From positions 1 through 63,582 of IMG/VR virus record IMGVR_UViG_3300046011_007723: a stretch of DNA of 63,582 bases; one strand, written 5' to 3'. Within the stretch, counting starts at the first letter, position 1. Each line of letters begins with the position of its first letter. The stretch comes from a virus. Its lineage: Duplodnaviria; Caudoviricetes. The translations under genes and the position numbers were made by a program. Below are positions 1 to 9,259 of this stretch, one piece after another. The notes beneath the pieces were generated by a model that saw only the letters and a list, made by a program, of their open reading frames with translations, did no database searches and had not been told where the DNA came from.

Positions 1-664
1 TAACGAAAAAATTGACCTTTCCTTTCTTTAATCCCAAAATAGTTCCTTTGATTTTGTCTTTAACCATTTGAAAGACAGTCATATCAGTTAAGTCACCGTT
101 ATGATCAAAATAATTTAATTCACCATGATGATAGTATGGGAATATTGGATTTCTAGGCACAATATCAGCATTATTAACCCAACGATAATGCTCAATATTT
201 AATGTGTTTAAGAAATTGATATAGGTATAATTCCCAACTCTTGGTGAACCAAAGGTATATAGGACTGGATTTGGCATATCAGGAAATCTGTGGCAACGAC
301 CAGCAATAAGAGTAGCCATAGCCGCGCCTAACGAATGTCCTGTAAGATACACTTTTCTGTTAGGGTATTTGAGGAATAATTTAGATAAGTCATCCCAAAT
401 ATTATCTACAGATGCTTTAAAGCCGTGATGTACTTTACCTATACCGGAACTGCTAGGAACTAATCTGAATCTAATATCCGCGATAATATCTTCAAGTTTA
501 GTAGGTTGTGTTCCTCTACAAACAACAATAATTGTATCAATGTTAAAAAGGAAATAAGCCTGCGAGCCGTTTTTATCCAAAAATATGGTATTCCAATCTG
601 GAAATTTGTAGTCATCAGTGTAAGCTAATTCACTGAATTTTGCCATCATTAACGGCGTAATCAT
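1..664 (-). CDS. Class 3 lipase (alpha/beta hydrolase), 3' end truncated by the window edge
   Basis: Absent from the ORF track. Manual translation from ATG 664 gives MITPLMMAKFSELAY...IVVCRGT...DIIADI...GKVHHGF...VYLTGHSLGAA...YTFGSPRVGN...RWVNNADIVP, the Lipase_3 signature motifs. Confidence 0.9.
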   Translation of the reverse strand, partial: MITPLMMAKFSELAYTDDYKFPDWNTIFLDKNGSQAYFLFNIDTIIVVCRGTQPTKLEDIIADIRFRLVPSSSGIGKVHHGFKASVDNIWDDLSKLFLKYPNRKVYLTGHSLGAAMATLIAGRCHRFPDMPNPVLYTFGSPRVGNYTYINFLNTLNIEHYRWVNNADIVPRNPIFPYYHHGELNYFDHNGDLTDMTVFQMVKDKIKGTILGLKKGKVNFFV

Positions 665-673
665 TTTCACCCC

Positions 674-979
674 CTATAAGCGTTTTCTAACGTTGATTTG
701 AACAATTTCCCTACACGTGAGAGTTTTGTTATTGCTATTTGTTATCACAACATCAAATGACATTGTTGGTGGTTCTAATTCTCCAACGCCAAAATTATAC
801 TGCGCAACTCCGTTGATTGCGTCAGTAATAGTCATATTTTTTAAAAGCGTTACTTTGGCTCTATTTACCCATTTGAGTTTTGCTGTAGAACCTGTCATAT
901 TAATTGGTAATGAAGTAAACGCATCTATACATTTCACTTCAAGTATTGATGCTGTATCTCCTTCAACAAAATTGTACAT
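674..979 (-). CDS. BppU-N/DUF2479-like small structural adaptor protein
   Basis: GDT..ILE...PINMTG.TAKL...ITDA.NGVAQY pattern resembles BppU N-terminal domains; follows the repeat protein in the same operon. Confidence 0.55.
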   Translation of the reverse strand: MYNFVEGDTASILEVKCIDAFTSLPINMTGSTAKLKWVNRAKVTLLKNMTITDAINGVAQYNFGVGELEPPTMSFDVVITNSNNKTLTCREIVQINVRKRL

Positions 980-998
980 TGCTTTACCTTTTTAAATG

Positions 999-3900
999 TT
1001 AAAAAACTTTTGTCTTAATGCTATACACTGTGACAAATTTTGATTGTATGTTTTCTATTGCTGTAAATTTGACTGGGACACTTTGTTCTGAGTCAAATTT
1101 ACTGTGTATGTTGAATTGAGTTGTAAATTTAGTCTTAACTTTATATTTCGTTGAGAATCTACATTTAACCTTGTATCTAACTACACCAATAACAGAATTA
1201 GCCGCGCCCGTATTTAAAGATACAAATGCAGTGTTACCTGCTAATGTTGTTACGGAACTACATGTTACACTACCAATTGAAGTAGAAGCGTTTATACCAG
1301 AAAGTTTTGCCGCTTTATTTTCTGGATTAAGGTTAAATTCACCAACAGTTTCTACGCCATGTACACCAACGTAAGAAGATTTTCCTACTGTGTTAACTCT
1401 TCCAAACGTAGGATTACCGCGTAATTTAACTGTAACATTAGCTCCGGTGTTACCAATTGAAGTGGTAGCAAGATTCCACTTCAACATGTTAACAAGAACT
1501 TTATTTACAACTGCAGTTACTGAATTTCCTAGTAATGAAACAACAACTTTTGTTTCAACATTACCAATTACGGTTGATCCTGATTCGCCTGTTATTGCTA
1601 CTGTTTCTGACGGAGTTTCATTTCCAACAAATAGGTTTGCTGTTGTTCCGTTTAAATTTATTTCTACAAACTTAGAAACGATTCCACTAGATACATAAAC
1701 AGAATTTCCATATATAACGTTTATGTTATTTGAATAAACATCATTAATATTAGTGGTTGACGCGTTTCCAGTTAGCCCTACAATTATATTGGTTGGTTCT
1801 GTTCCAACAGAAGTTGATGCTGTATTACCTTGTATAGTTTTTGTATTAAATACAGAATCAATTGAATTTAATTCAGTTGCTAAAATGTTTCCTGTAGCAA
1901 AGGCATTAACGACACCAATTATATTTCCTAATGTTGTCGAACTAGTCTCGCCAGTTAAACCTACTGTAATACTTTTTGATACATATCCAGCTAATGCCAC
2001 AGAAGAAACTTCGGTTAACCGTATAGAACTTGACTGTGTTACACTATCAATTTGCGTAGATATTGAATTACCAAAAATTGGTAATGATACAGATACCTTT
2101 GCAATTTGAGCTGATGCTTGAGTTCCGGTTAAACCTACTGTAATATTTTTAGTTGGTGAATTAACAGATACTATTACAGATTCACCAAATAAGGTTGCAT
2201 CTGTTGATTTATTTACATTTCCTGTAGATAAACTTATTGCATTACCGCTAACCCCAACTATCGTATTTGTGGGTTCTGTTCCAACAGCACCTGCGCCGGT
2301 GTTACCAAAAATAGATATAGATCTATCAGCGCCAACTGTTCCAGTTGTAAATGTAGAAATTACCCCTATAGTTGAAACACTGCCAAATCGGTATACATAT
2401 CCAACATTAACGTCAGCAGAATTACCGCTAACCCCAACTATCGTATTTGTGGGTTCTGTTCCAACAGCACCTGAGCCGGTGTTACCTGTAATTTCGATTG
2501 AACTTGATTTATTTACAAAACCAACATTAACGTCAGCAGAATTACCGCTAACCCCAACTATCGTATTTGTGGGTTCTGTTCCAACAGCACCTGAGCCGGT
2601 GTTACCTGTAATTTCAGTAGAGTTTGATCCAAAAATTGAACCGCTAACATTTGAAGCATAAACGTTAACAATTTCAATTGAACTTGATTTATTTACATTG
2701 TCAACATATGATGTTGTTAAGTTACCGCTTAATCCTACAGTAACATTTGTTGGCTCTGTTCCAACCGAACCAGTTGCTGTATTACCAGAAATACTAGTGA
2801 CACTAAATTTATCTAAATTTCCAGCATTAACGTCAGCAGAATTACCGCTTAATCCTACAATTAGATTAGTTGGTTCAGTTCCTATGGATATTGCTGCTGT
2901 ATTACCAAAAATCCCTAATGATACAAAGCTAGCAACATTTCCTACTTCTGTTGTACAATCAACATTAGAAATTAGGATATTTGCTTTAATAACACCAGCA
3001 TTAACGTCAGCAGAATTACCGCTTAATCCTACAATTAGATTAGTTGGTTCTGTTCCAACAGAACCTGAACCGGTGTTACCAGAAATACTAGTGACACTAA
3101 ATTTATCTAAATTTCCAGCATATGACGAAATAGCGTTACCGCTAACTCCAACTATCGTATTATTTGGTTCTGTTCCAACAGAACCTGAACCGGTGTTACC
3201 AGAAATACTAGTGACACTAAATTTATCTAAATTTCCAGCATTAACGTCAGCAAAATTACCGCTTAATCCTACAGTAACATTTGTTGGCTCAGTTCCAACA
3301 GAACCAGAACCGGTGTTGCCATAAATTGAAACAAAATTAGATTTTGTTATGTCACCAAGTTCAAAGGCGGCGTAAGCATAATTTAATTGCTGTGTAGTAT
3401 CAATAGATATTGCACCAGCATTAACTGCTATTTGGTTTCCTGTTGGGTCAAATAATATGTTTACATCACTTGACCCAACACCGGTGTTAGTCAAATTTCC
3501 AAAAATACTACTTTCAATAAATTGAGATGTAGTTAAATTATTTGTTGAAACTGTACTTTCGTTACCGCTTAACCCTACAATTACATTAGTTGGTTCAATA
3601 CCTATAGATATTGCTGCTGTTGTTCCACTAATAGATACATCAGAATACTGAATTACATTTCCAGTATAAAAAACAGAGTCAACACCTGCAATTGATATAT
3701 TATTATTTGTAAATATATCACCAGCATATGACGAAATAGCGTCACCGCTTAACCCTATTTCTATGTTATTTGATAATGTTCCTACTGCTGTAGTTGCAGT
3801 GTTACCAGAAATTGTTAATGAAGTAGATTCTGTTACATTACCTATTGAACCAGATGTTGTATTTTCGTTTACATTTAAAGATAAATTTGCGTTTACAGAA

Positions 3901-5087
3901 TTTATGTATGATGTGGCTAATTCGTTTGAAATTGTTAAATTTCTAAATGTAGTAACCGCGCCGGCGTTTGATTCCGAAGATATACCTGTAGATGCAACAG
4001 ATAAAGATTGCGTGACTGTCCCTACGGATAAACTTGCTCCAGTACCAGTTAATCCTATAACAGTATTATTAGTCTCAACCCCGATAGCAGTTGATGCGAC
4101 GTTACCGTTTAATCCTATAACAGTATTGTTAGGCTCGGAACCGATAGCAGTTGATGCTACAGTACCAGTTAAACCTATAACAGTATTATTAGTCTCAACC
4201 CCGATAGCAGTTGATGCTACAGTACCAGTTAAACCTATTATGGTGTTATTGGGTTCAGACCCGATAGCAGTTGATGCGACGTTACCGTTTAATCCTACAT
4301 TAATGTCATTACCAACTATTCCTATAACAGTTGATGCTGTATTACCGGTTAAACCAACAACAGTATTGTTAGGCTCGGAACCGATAGCAGTTGATGCGAC
4401 GTTACCGTTTAATCCTACATTAATGTCATTACCAACTATTCCTATAACAGTTGATGCTGTATTACCGGTTAAACCTATTATGGTGTTATTGAGTTCAGAC
4501 CCGATAGCAGTTGATGCTGTATTACCGGTTAACCCAATAGAGGTTAGTTTTGTTAAATCCCCAACAACAGAACCAACAAATACACCAGACGTGGAGTAAG
4601 TTGAAGTTGGTGTCAACGAATTCAATAATATAGATGCTGCGACATTTGCAACAGTAATATTTTTAGAATTTGTTACTGTACCAGTATTTGATGTTAATGT
4701 GTTACCTGTACTTGCAATTTGAGAAGATTGCGCAACTAAGCCTACCGATACAGCGGCAGAATTTCCAGTTATATTGACTGTAACATTAGAAACAAATGAA
4801 TTTACGCTACCTGTAGCAAAGACAGATAAAGTAGCTATTGAATTTGTGGTTGGTTCTGTTCCTACTGCTGATGTAGCAGTATTACCAGAAATAGATACGG
4901 TATTTGAAGTTGAATATCCTACTGTACCGATATTAACGGTTGCGGATGCACCAATTAGCGGTATGTAAGCTATATGATTTACAGACGCAACAAAACCTGA
5001 CCCCATCGTAATGAAGCCAGATTCCATGTAACTTGCATCTATAAAATCACTAAGATAATACGATGAATTGTTAGATATAATAGACAT
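999..5087 (-). CDS. Long beta-repeat fibre-like structural protein (1362 aa)
   Basis: Dozens of ~20-aa repeats (VGLTGNTASTAIGSEPNNT type), G/S/T/N/V-rich, with a basic C-terminal 10-aa periodic tail. Confidence 0.7.
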   Translation of the reverse strand: MSIISNNSSYYLSDFIDASYMESGFITMGSGFVASVNHIAYIPLIGASATVNIGTVGYSTSNTVSISGNTATSAVGTEPTTNSIATLSVFATGSVNSFVSNVTVNITGNSAAVSVGLVAQSSQIASTGNTLTSNTGTVTNSKNITVANVAASILLNSLTPTSTYSTSGVFVGSVVGDLTKLTSIGLTGNTASTAIGSELNNTIIGLTGNTASTVIGIVGNDINVGLNGNVASTAIGSEPNNTVVGLTGNTASTVIGIVGNDINVGLNGNVASTAIGSEPNNTIIGLTGTVASTAIGVETNNTVIGLTGTVASTAIGSEPNNTVIGLNGNVASTAIGVETNNTVIGLTGTGASLSVGTVTQSLSVASTGISSESNAGAVTTFRNLTISNELATSYINSVNANLSLNVNENTTSGSIGNVTESTSLTISGNTATTAVGTLSNNIEIGLSGDAISSYAGDIFTNNNISIAGVDSVFYTGNVIQYSDVSISGTTAAISIGIEPTNVIVGLSGNESTVSTNNLTTSQFIESSIFGNLTNTGVGSSDVNILFDPTGNQIAVNAGAISIDTTQQLNYAYAAFELGDITKSNFVSIYGNTGSGSVGTEPTNVTVGLSGNFADVNAGNLDKFSVTSISGNTGSGSVGTEPNNTIVGVSGNAISSYAGNLDKFSVTSISGNTGSGSVGTEPTNLIVGLSGNSADVNAGVIKANILISNVDCTTEVGNVASFVSLGIFGNTAAISIGTEPTNLIVGLSGNSADVNAGNLDKFSVTSISGNTATGSVGTEPTNVTVGLSGNLTTSYVDNVNKSSSIEIVNVYASNVSGSIFGSNSTEITGNTGSGAVGTEPTNTIVGVSGNSADVNVGFVNKSSSIEITGNTGSGAVGTEPTNTIVGVSGNSADVNVGYVYRFGSVSTIGVISTFTTGTVGADRSISIFGNTGAGAVGTEPTNTIVGVSGNAISLSTGNVNKSTDATLFGESVIVSVNSPTKNITVGLTGTQASAQIAKVSVSLPIFGNSISTQIDSVTQSSSIRLTEVSSVALAGYVSKSITVGLTGETSSTTLGNIIGVVNAFATGNILATELNSIDSVFNTKTIQGNTASTSVGTEPTNIIVGLTGNASTTNINDVYSNNINVIYGNSVYVSSGIVSKFVEINLNGTTANLFVGNETPSETVAITGESGSTVIGNVETKVVVSLLGNSVTAVVNKVLVNMLKWNLATTSIGNTGANVTVKLRGNPTFGRVNTVGKSSYVGVHGVETVGEFNLNPENKAAKLSGINASTSIGSVTCSSVTTLAGNTAFVSLNTGAANSVIGVVRYKVKCRFSTKYKVKTKFTTQFNIHSKFDSEQSVPVKFTAIENIQSKFVTVYSIKTKVF
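2230..4540. repeat. Intragenic 60/120-nt tandem repeats, several near-identical at DNA level
   Basis: ccgatagcagttgatgc recurs at 4081, 4141, 4201, 4261, 4381 and 4501; 120-nt duplications at 2401/2521 and 3050/3170. Confidence 0.9.
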
Positions 5088-5189
5088 TAACTTGTAGGCA
5101 TCCTTTGCAAATTAGTTAGACTAGCACTTATATCATATCAATTATCGTATTATATACACAAATAATAATATAAGATTTACAATTATTTA

Positions 5190-5648
5190 TTATGCAATTC
5201 TGATTAACGCATTAGAAGCATCATTTGTAGGCATAGTCAAAGTAAATGTACCAGCAGTAACAGTTTGCGCACCAAAAGTATGAACTGAAACCGCATTTTT
5301 ACCTGCGGCTGTGTCATTATAAATAAGAACAGCATCAAATGCGGTTGTTAATGTCACACCGGTAAAAACAATTGAAGCAGAAGGCGTAAAAAATGCTGTT
5401 GTGCCAGAAGTTGTTGGTGCTGTTGCAGTTGTCACACCTATGCCGCCGGCGGTATAACCTGTTCCTGTAACTTCACCAGTTGATGAATAAGCACTAGTTC
5501 CCGCGCCTAATGAAGCTGTTGTTAAAAATAATGCAGCTTTAAATGTATCTTTAGTAGTCGCAGCACGAACTACTGTTGTTCCAAAGGCATGCACCCCATT
5601 AAGAATATCTTGTTTGAAGCTTGTTGCCATTGCTTGGGTATTAGCCAT
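5190..5648 (-). CDS. Conserved phage structural protein (MANTQAMATSFK family)
   Basis: Motif TSFK..L.G.H.F...TFK.AL...Y...GEV.GTGYTAGG, typical of small virion proteins that precede repeat fibres. Confidence 0.6.
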   Translation of the reverse strand: MANTQAMATSFKQDILNGVHAFGTTVVRAATTKDTFKAALFLTTASLGAGTSAYSSTGEVTGTGYTAGGIGVTTATAPTTSGTTAFFTPSASIVFTGVTLTTAFDAVLIYNDTAAGKNAVSVHTFGAQTVTAGTFTLTMPTNDASNALIRIA

Positions 5649-5842
5649 TAAAATTCTCCTATTACTGTCTCTGAAAATGTAGCGGGTTGTTTAAGTGTTA
5701 AATGAACGTCACGTCTGACTAATTCTCCATCTAAATGGTATTCAGTCCAATTTGATATTTCATTATCTGATTCATCAGAACCTTCTGTTTTTATAAGTAA
5801 AGATTCTTCCAAATCACCTTTTGTTGTAAAAATTAATGCCAT
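5648..5842 (-). CDS. Small acidic phage hypothetical protein
   Basis: GAGG RBS, TAATG coupling to the next gene, WTEY.LDGELV.RDVH motif. Confidence 0.7.
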   Translation of the reverse strand: MALIFTTKGDLEESLLIKTEGSDESDNEISNWTEYHLDGELVRRDVHLTLKQPATFSETVIGEF

Positions 5843-5858
5843 TATTATTCCTCATTAT

Positions 5859-5891
5859 TATTTATAAATTCAATATTACTTTATATTTATA
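5859..5891 (-). promoter_or_regulatory. Two T4-type late promoters (TATAAATA)
   Basis: tatttata on the + strand at 5859-5866 and 5884-5891, upstream of the ATG at 5842. Confidence 0.75.
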
Positions 5892-5903
5892 TGAAATTAT
5901 CTT

Positions 5904-7607
5904 TTATACCCCAGTTAGATAACTATTTGCATTTGCTGTCCAAGTAATCCCTGTGCTATTTCCATATAATACCACTGATGTATTTGCAGCTGGAGAAAAT
6001 GTTCCAGTTTTAGTTAATGCAGCACTTGAACTATAAATTCCAGTAACACCTCCAGTATTTGCCCATGCACCAAATCTAAATTCTACTAAAGGTACACCGC
6101 CGAAATTTGAAGGATTTAAAAATACTGCTTCATAAATAGAAGTAGAAGCTCCAACTGCTGCTCCTGCAGCATTTCCCGTTCCTTCGTATCTTATTCGCAC
6201 ATAATTAGCAGTAGAAATATATGCTACAGATTGATAACTTCTATCTCCGGCATTCATCATAAATTTATCCCTTGCTGGATTAGATGCACTTAACCCGCTA
6301 TATAAAGAAGATCCACTACCAAAGGTAATATATGAATTTGAACCAACATAACAACTGGTGTATCCAGTATTATTAAATGTCCAAGTAAAGGGAAATGGTA
6401 CGTTTACACTTGCATCATCGGAAGATGCTCTCTGTAATGAAGTCCATGTTCCGCCAGTAGTTGGTGGCCAAGGTGTTGTTGAAGACGCACCTAATTTAGG
6501 AACAGCATTTCCAGATGCTACGGCATATGTAGCAGTAGAATCAGTAACAGTTATATTTGAACTTGTTGCAATTATAGTTCCTGATGTGCTTCCAGTTCTT
6601 ACAGATAATGTAAATACTGAGCTTTCTGCAATACCATTTGCAAATAAAGCTTTTACTACAGACCCAGCTCCTGATGATACTGTAATTGACCCGCTTAATA
6701 GACCATCAGTAAATCTTGATCCTGTCATTGTAGTACCAGAAACAGTATTTATAGTGTAATACAACGTAACAGAACTAGCAGGTGTTATGCTAACATTAAA
6801 CGTAACAGAGTTTCCTTCAACTACAGTTGTTACATTAGGCGTTACCGTTCCTGTAGGATTTGTTGATGTATCATCAACTGTTATGGATGCTGTTCCTAAA
6901 TTATAAGCACCAAAATATGCGGCAATAGAAAGAGATTCAAATCCTTCAGTAAGTAAATCATTTAAAAAACTATATGATATTATATTTTGTGAATTTGTTG
7001 AAATAGTCCAAGAAGTTCGTAAGGTTGTAACGTCTGCAGAAGATATAGTTCCTGAATTTTGTAGCGAAATCGTTTTAGATGTGTATCCGCCACAATTTCC
7101 TAACGTTAATATTAAATTAGGCGCGGTGCCCTCATTAGTTGATGCTGTGGTAAATGCAAATGTATTTACAGTAATTGCAGGAATTGTGAAAACTTGACTG
7201 GTCCAAATAACAGGACCAGTAATACTGCCAGTTCTAACCTCTACTTTAAATGTTTTAGAAGTTTTTGATGGGTTTCCAATAAACGCAGGGTATAAAGTAA
7301 AGGAACCTGTTTCACTTGCAACAGATATCGTAGAATTTGTTGTAACAAAATCAGACGAAACAGTTGTTATATGCGAAATAGTTTGATATAACGTCATACT
7401 AGAACTTGCGCCCTTTACATATAGTGTAAATACTCCATTAGTATTTTCATATATGGTATAATTTGTTGCTGCATTAAGAAATATATCATATGGCCAAAAG
7501 CCTGCCTTTACATAATTATACTCATCAAATAAGTCAAATACACCAGAAGCAGAACTAGAACTTACTATAGACGAATTTCCAAATATTAAACCCGAATTTC
7601 TTCTCAT
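5904..7607 (-). CDS. Tail-tip adhesin-like protein with Calx-beta/Ig-like domains and a C-terminal NIDO-like domain
   Basis: Likely start is 7607 (TAATG overlap). N-terminus NSGLI..ASGVFDL...GFWP; repeated EG...F...D...E Ig-like units; DDASVNVPFPFTWTFNN.GY..CYVGSNSYITFG. Confidence 0.6.
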   Translation of the reverse strand: MRRNSGLIFGNSSIVSSSSASGVFDLFDEYNYVKAGFWPYDIFLNAATNYTIYENTNGVFTLYVKGASSSMTLYQTISHITTVSSDFVTTNSTISVASETGSFTLYPAFIGNPSKTSKTFKVEVRTGSITGPVIWTSQVFTIPAITVNTFAFTTASTNEGTAPNLILTLGNCGGYTSKTISLQNSGTISSADVTTLRTSWTISTNSQNIISYSFLNDLLTEGFESLSIAAYFGAYNLGTASITVDDTSTNPTGTVTPNVTTVVEGNSVTFNVSITPASSVTLYYTINTVSGTTMTGSRFTDGLLSGSITVSSGAGSVVKALFANGIAESSVFTLSVRTGSTSGTIIATSSNITVTDSTATYAVASGNAVPKLGASSTTPWPPTTGGTWTSLQRASSDDASVNVPFPFTWTFNNTGYTSCYVGSNSYITFGSGSSLYSGLSASNPARDKFMMNAGDRSYQSVAYISTANYVRIRYEGTGNAAGAAVGASTSIYEAVFLNPSNFGGVPLVEFRFGAWANTGGVTGIYSSSAALTKTGTFSPAANTSVVLYGNSTGITWTANANSYLTGV

Positions 7608-8281
7608 TATATCACCCATTCCATAGTAACTACTTGCCCATTTTGCCCTGAAGGAGATACACTAGTTCCATTAGATATAGAATATGGAGAAGGGGCACCA
7701 AATAAAGCATTGACATATGTAACAGTAAACCCATTAAAAGTTGAAGAACCCCTATTGACACTAGAAGCTTGTGTGCATGTTTGTATAGTTTGTGAAGCAC
7801 CCCATGCAAACCCTATTGTATATACACCTGGTGGTAAAACTGCACCAGAAGAAAATCTAATCATTGTTTGTCCAACACCAGTAGAAAGTGCGATACCTGA
7901 AAATGAAGTAGATTTTATTTGAGATCCATTAGTGTTACTGCCTGAAGCTATATAAATCAACCCTGTTAGTGAATTTGTATTTGGAGTCACATAATTACCA
8001 ATTGTAAATCCGTTTAAGGTAGCGGTTTTTCCTGTAGTTGTTATTGTAATAGCATCAGTACTATTACCACCATACGCCCAATAGTTCGAACCAGGTGAAC
8101 CGACCATACCAGCACTTGTCGTATAATTACTTGAAACGCCTTCTGTTACACTTGAATTTCTAGATAAATATACAATTTGCCCAGGATCACTAATCAACGA
8201 CCTTGTTAGGTTATGTACACCAGTAGTTTTTGATTGTTGACCAGTCCCAATCAAACCATTATTGGTTGTATAAAACCCCAT
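7607..8281 (-). CDS. Putative tail-tip adhesin
   Basis: N-terminus NNGLIG...TGVHNL resembles that of the downstream ORF; G/S/T-rich beta domain. Confidence 0.55.
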   Translation of the reverse strand: MGFYTTNNGLIGTGQQSKTTGVHNLTRSLISDPGQIVYLSRNSSVTEGVSSNYTTSAGMVGSPGSNYWAYGGNSTDAITITTTGKTATLNGFTIGNYVTPNTNSLTGLIYIASGSNTNGSQIKSTSFSGIALSTGVGQTMIRFSSGAVLPPGVYTIGFAWGASQTIQTCTQASSVNRGSSTFNGFTVTYVNALFGAPSPYSISNGTSVSPSGQNGQVVTMEWVI

Positions 8282-8643
8282 TATGAAATCTCCTCATAAG
8301 AGCATATAGCTTCAAGGCTTGTAGTTGCACTAGCAAATAGCCTAATAGAATCATTTTCTTCAAGATAAATTGATGTGTCTTTAGATAGTAAAACTAAAGT
8401 TGCATATCCAGGAACAGATACAGCAAAGGCTAACCTGTACGAAGTTGTTTGATTTTTATAAACATCAGCGGTTATACTTGCTGCCGATGTTCCAACTATA
8501 TTTGAAATGGTAAGCGAATTAATTTTAAACACTTTACCTGAGCCAGATGCATTTGTAACAATAGCAGTTGCCGATGTTCCAACTGCCTGACCAACTGTTT
8601 TTCCAGTAATTGTAGATACACTTACTATATTGGGAGCTGCCAT
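8281..8643 (-). CDS. Conserved tail-associated adaptor protein (MAAPNIV family)
   Basis: MAAPNIV.V.TI.GKT...KVFKINS...LLSK...IYLEE.DSI...SYEEIS; lies between a fibre stub and two adhesins. Confidence 0.6.
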   Translation of the reverse strand: MAAPNIVSVSTITGKTVGQAVGTSATAIVTNASGSGKVFKINSLTISNIVGTSAASITADVYKNQTTSYRLAFAVSVPGYATLVLLSKDTSIYLEENDSIRLFASATTSLEAICSYEEIS

Positions 8644-8655
8644 AAATTTTCCTTA

Positions 8656-8943
8656 TTAACCAAATACGATAGCCATTGCTATAGCCTTTCCTGTTGTAAT
8701 ACCGCCCCCGCCGCCAGTTGGTGCTGCTGACGTCCAAGTAGTTCCGTTTGATGTTAACACATTTCCTGTTGTTCCAGGTGCAACTGTTTGCAGTGCTGAT
8801 GTACCATTTCCTAATAAAACATTATTTGCTGATAATGTGGTAACACCAGTTCCGCCGTTTGGTACAGTCAACGGTGCGCCTAAAGATAAAGAACTAGCTG
8901 TTGTGTCAATTCGATCGTTTACGTGATTTAAACTAATAGCCAT
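8656..8943 (-). CDS. Short tail-fibre stem protein
   Basis: V.NGGTG..L.ANNVLLGNGT.ALQ.VAPG..GNVLTSNG.TW shaft motifs; ends TGKAIAMAIVFG. Confidence 0.7.
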   Translation of the reverse strand: MAISLNHVNDRIDTTASSLSLGAPLTVPNGGTGVTTLSANNVLLGNGTSALQTVAPGTTGNVLTSNGTTWTSAAPTGGGGGITTGKAIAMAIVFG

Positions 8944-8945
8944 AA

Positions 8946-9239
8946 TTATACTCCTATTGAACCTGCCATATCATCTTGAACTGCCACCCAATTATACACT
9001 TTTTCTAAAAATGCAGAACCAGTTTGCGATTCAATTTCAGATAATGGGGCAAAATATCTACGAAAATCGATATCTTTGGTTTCATCATCAATAGGTTTTG
9101 TAGCATAACCAACAACATCAATCATTACTGAAAATGTAGCACCACGTTGACGAGAAATTGATGCAGTAACTACTCTGAAATAGGCACCAGAAAATGGTAC
9201 ACCAAAATTTGATGATTTTAAATCTAATTGTAATGCCAT
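8946..9239 (-). CDS. Putative tail-fibre assembly chaperone
   Basis: Small gene directly downstream of a fibre gene; FGV.F..AYFRV...Y.W pattern. Confidence 0.5.
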   Translation of the reverse strand: MALQLDLKSSNFGVPFSGAYFRVVTASISRQRGATFSVMIDVVGYATKPIDDETKDIDFRRYFAPLSEIESQTGSAFLEKVYNWVAVQDDMAGSIGV

Positions 9240-9259
9240 GCATATTCCTTTTAATATTA

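Noticed and set aside
2230-4540. Regularly spaced repeats resembling a CRISPR array
   Set aside because: In-frame 60-nt coding repeats with related rather than unique spacers; no cas genes or leader.
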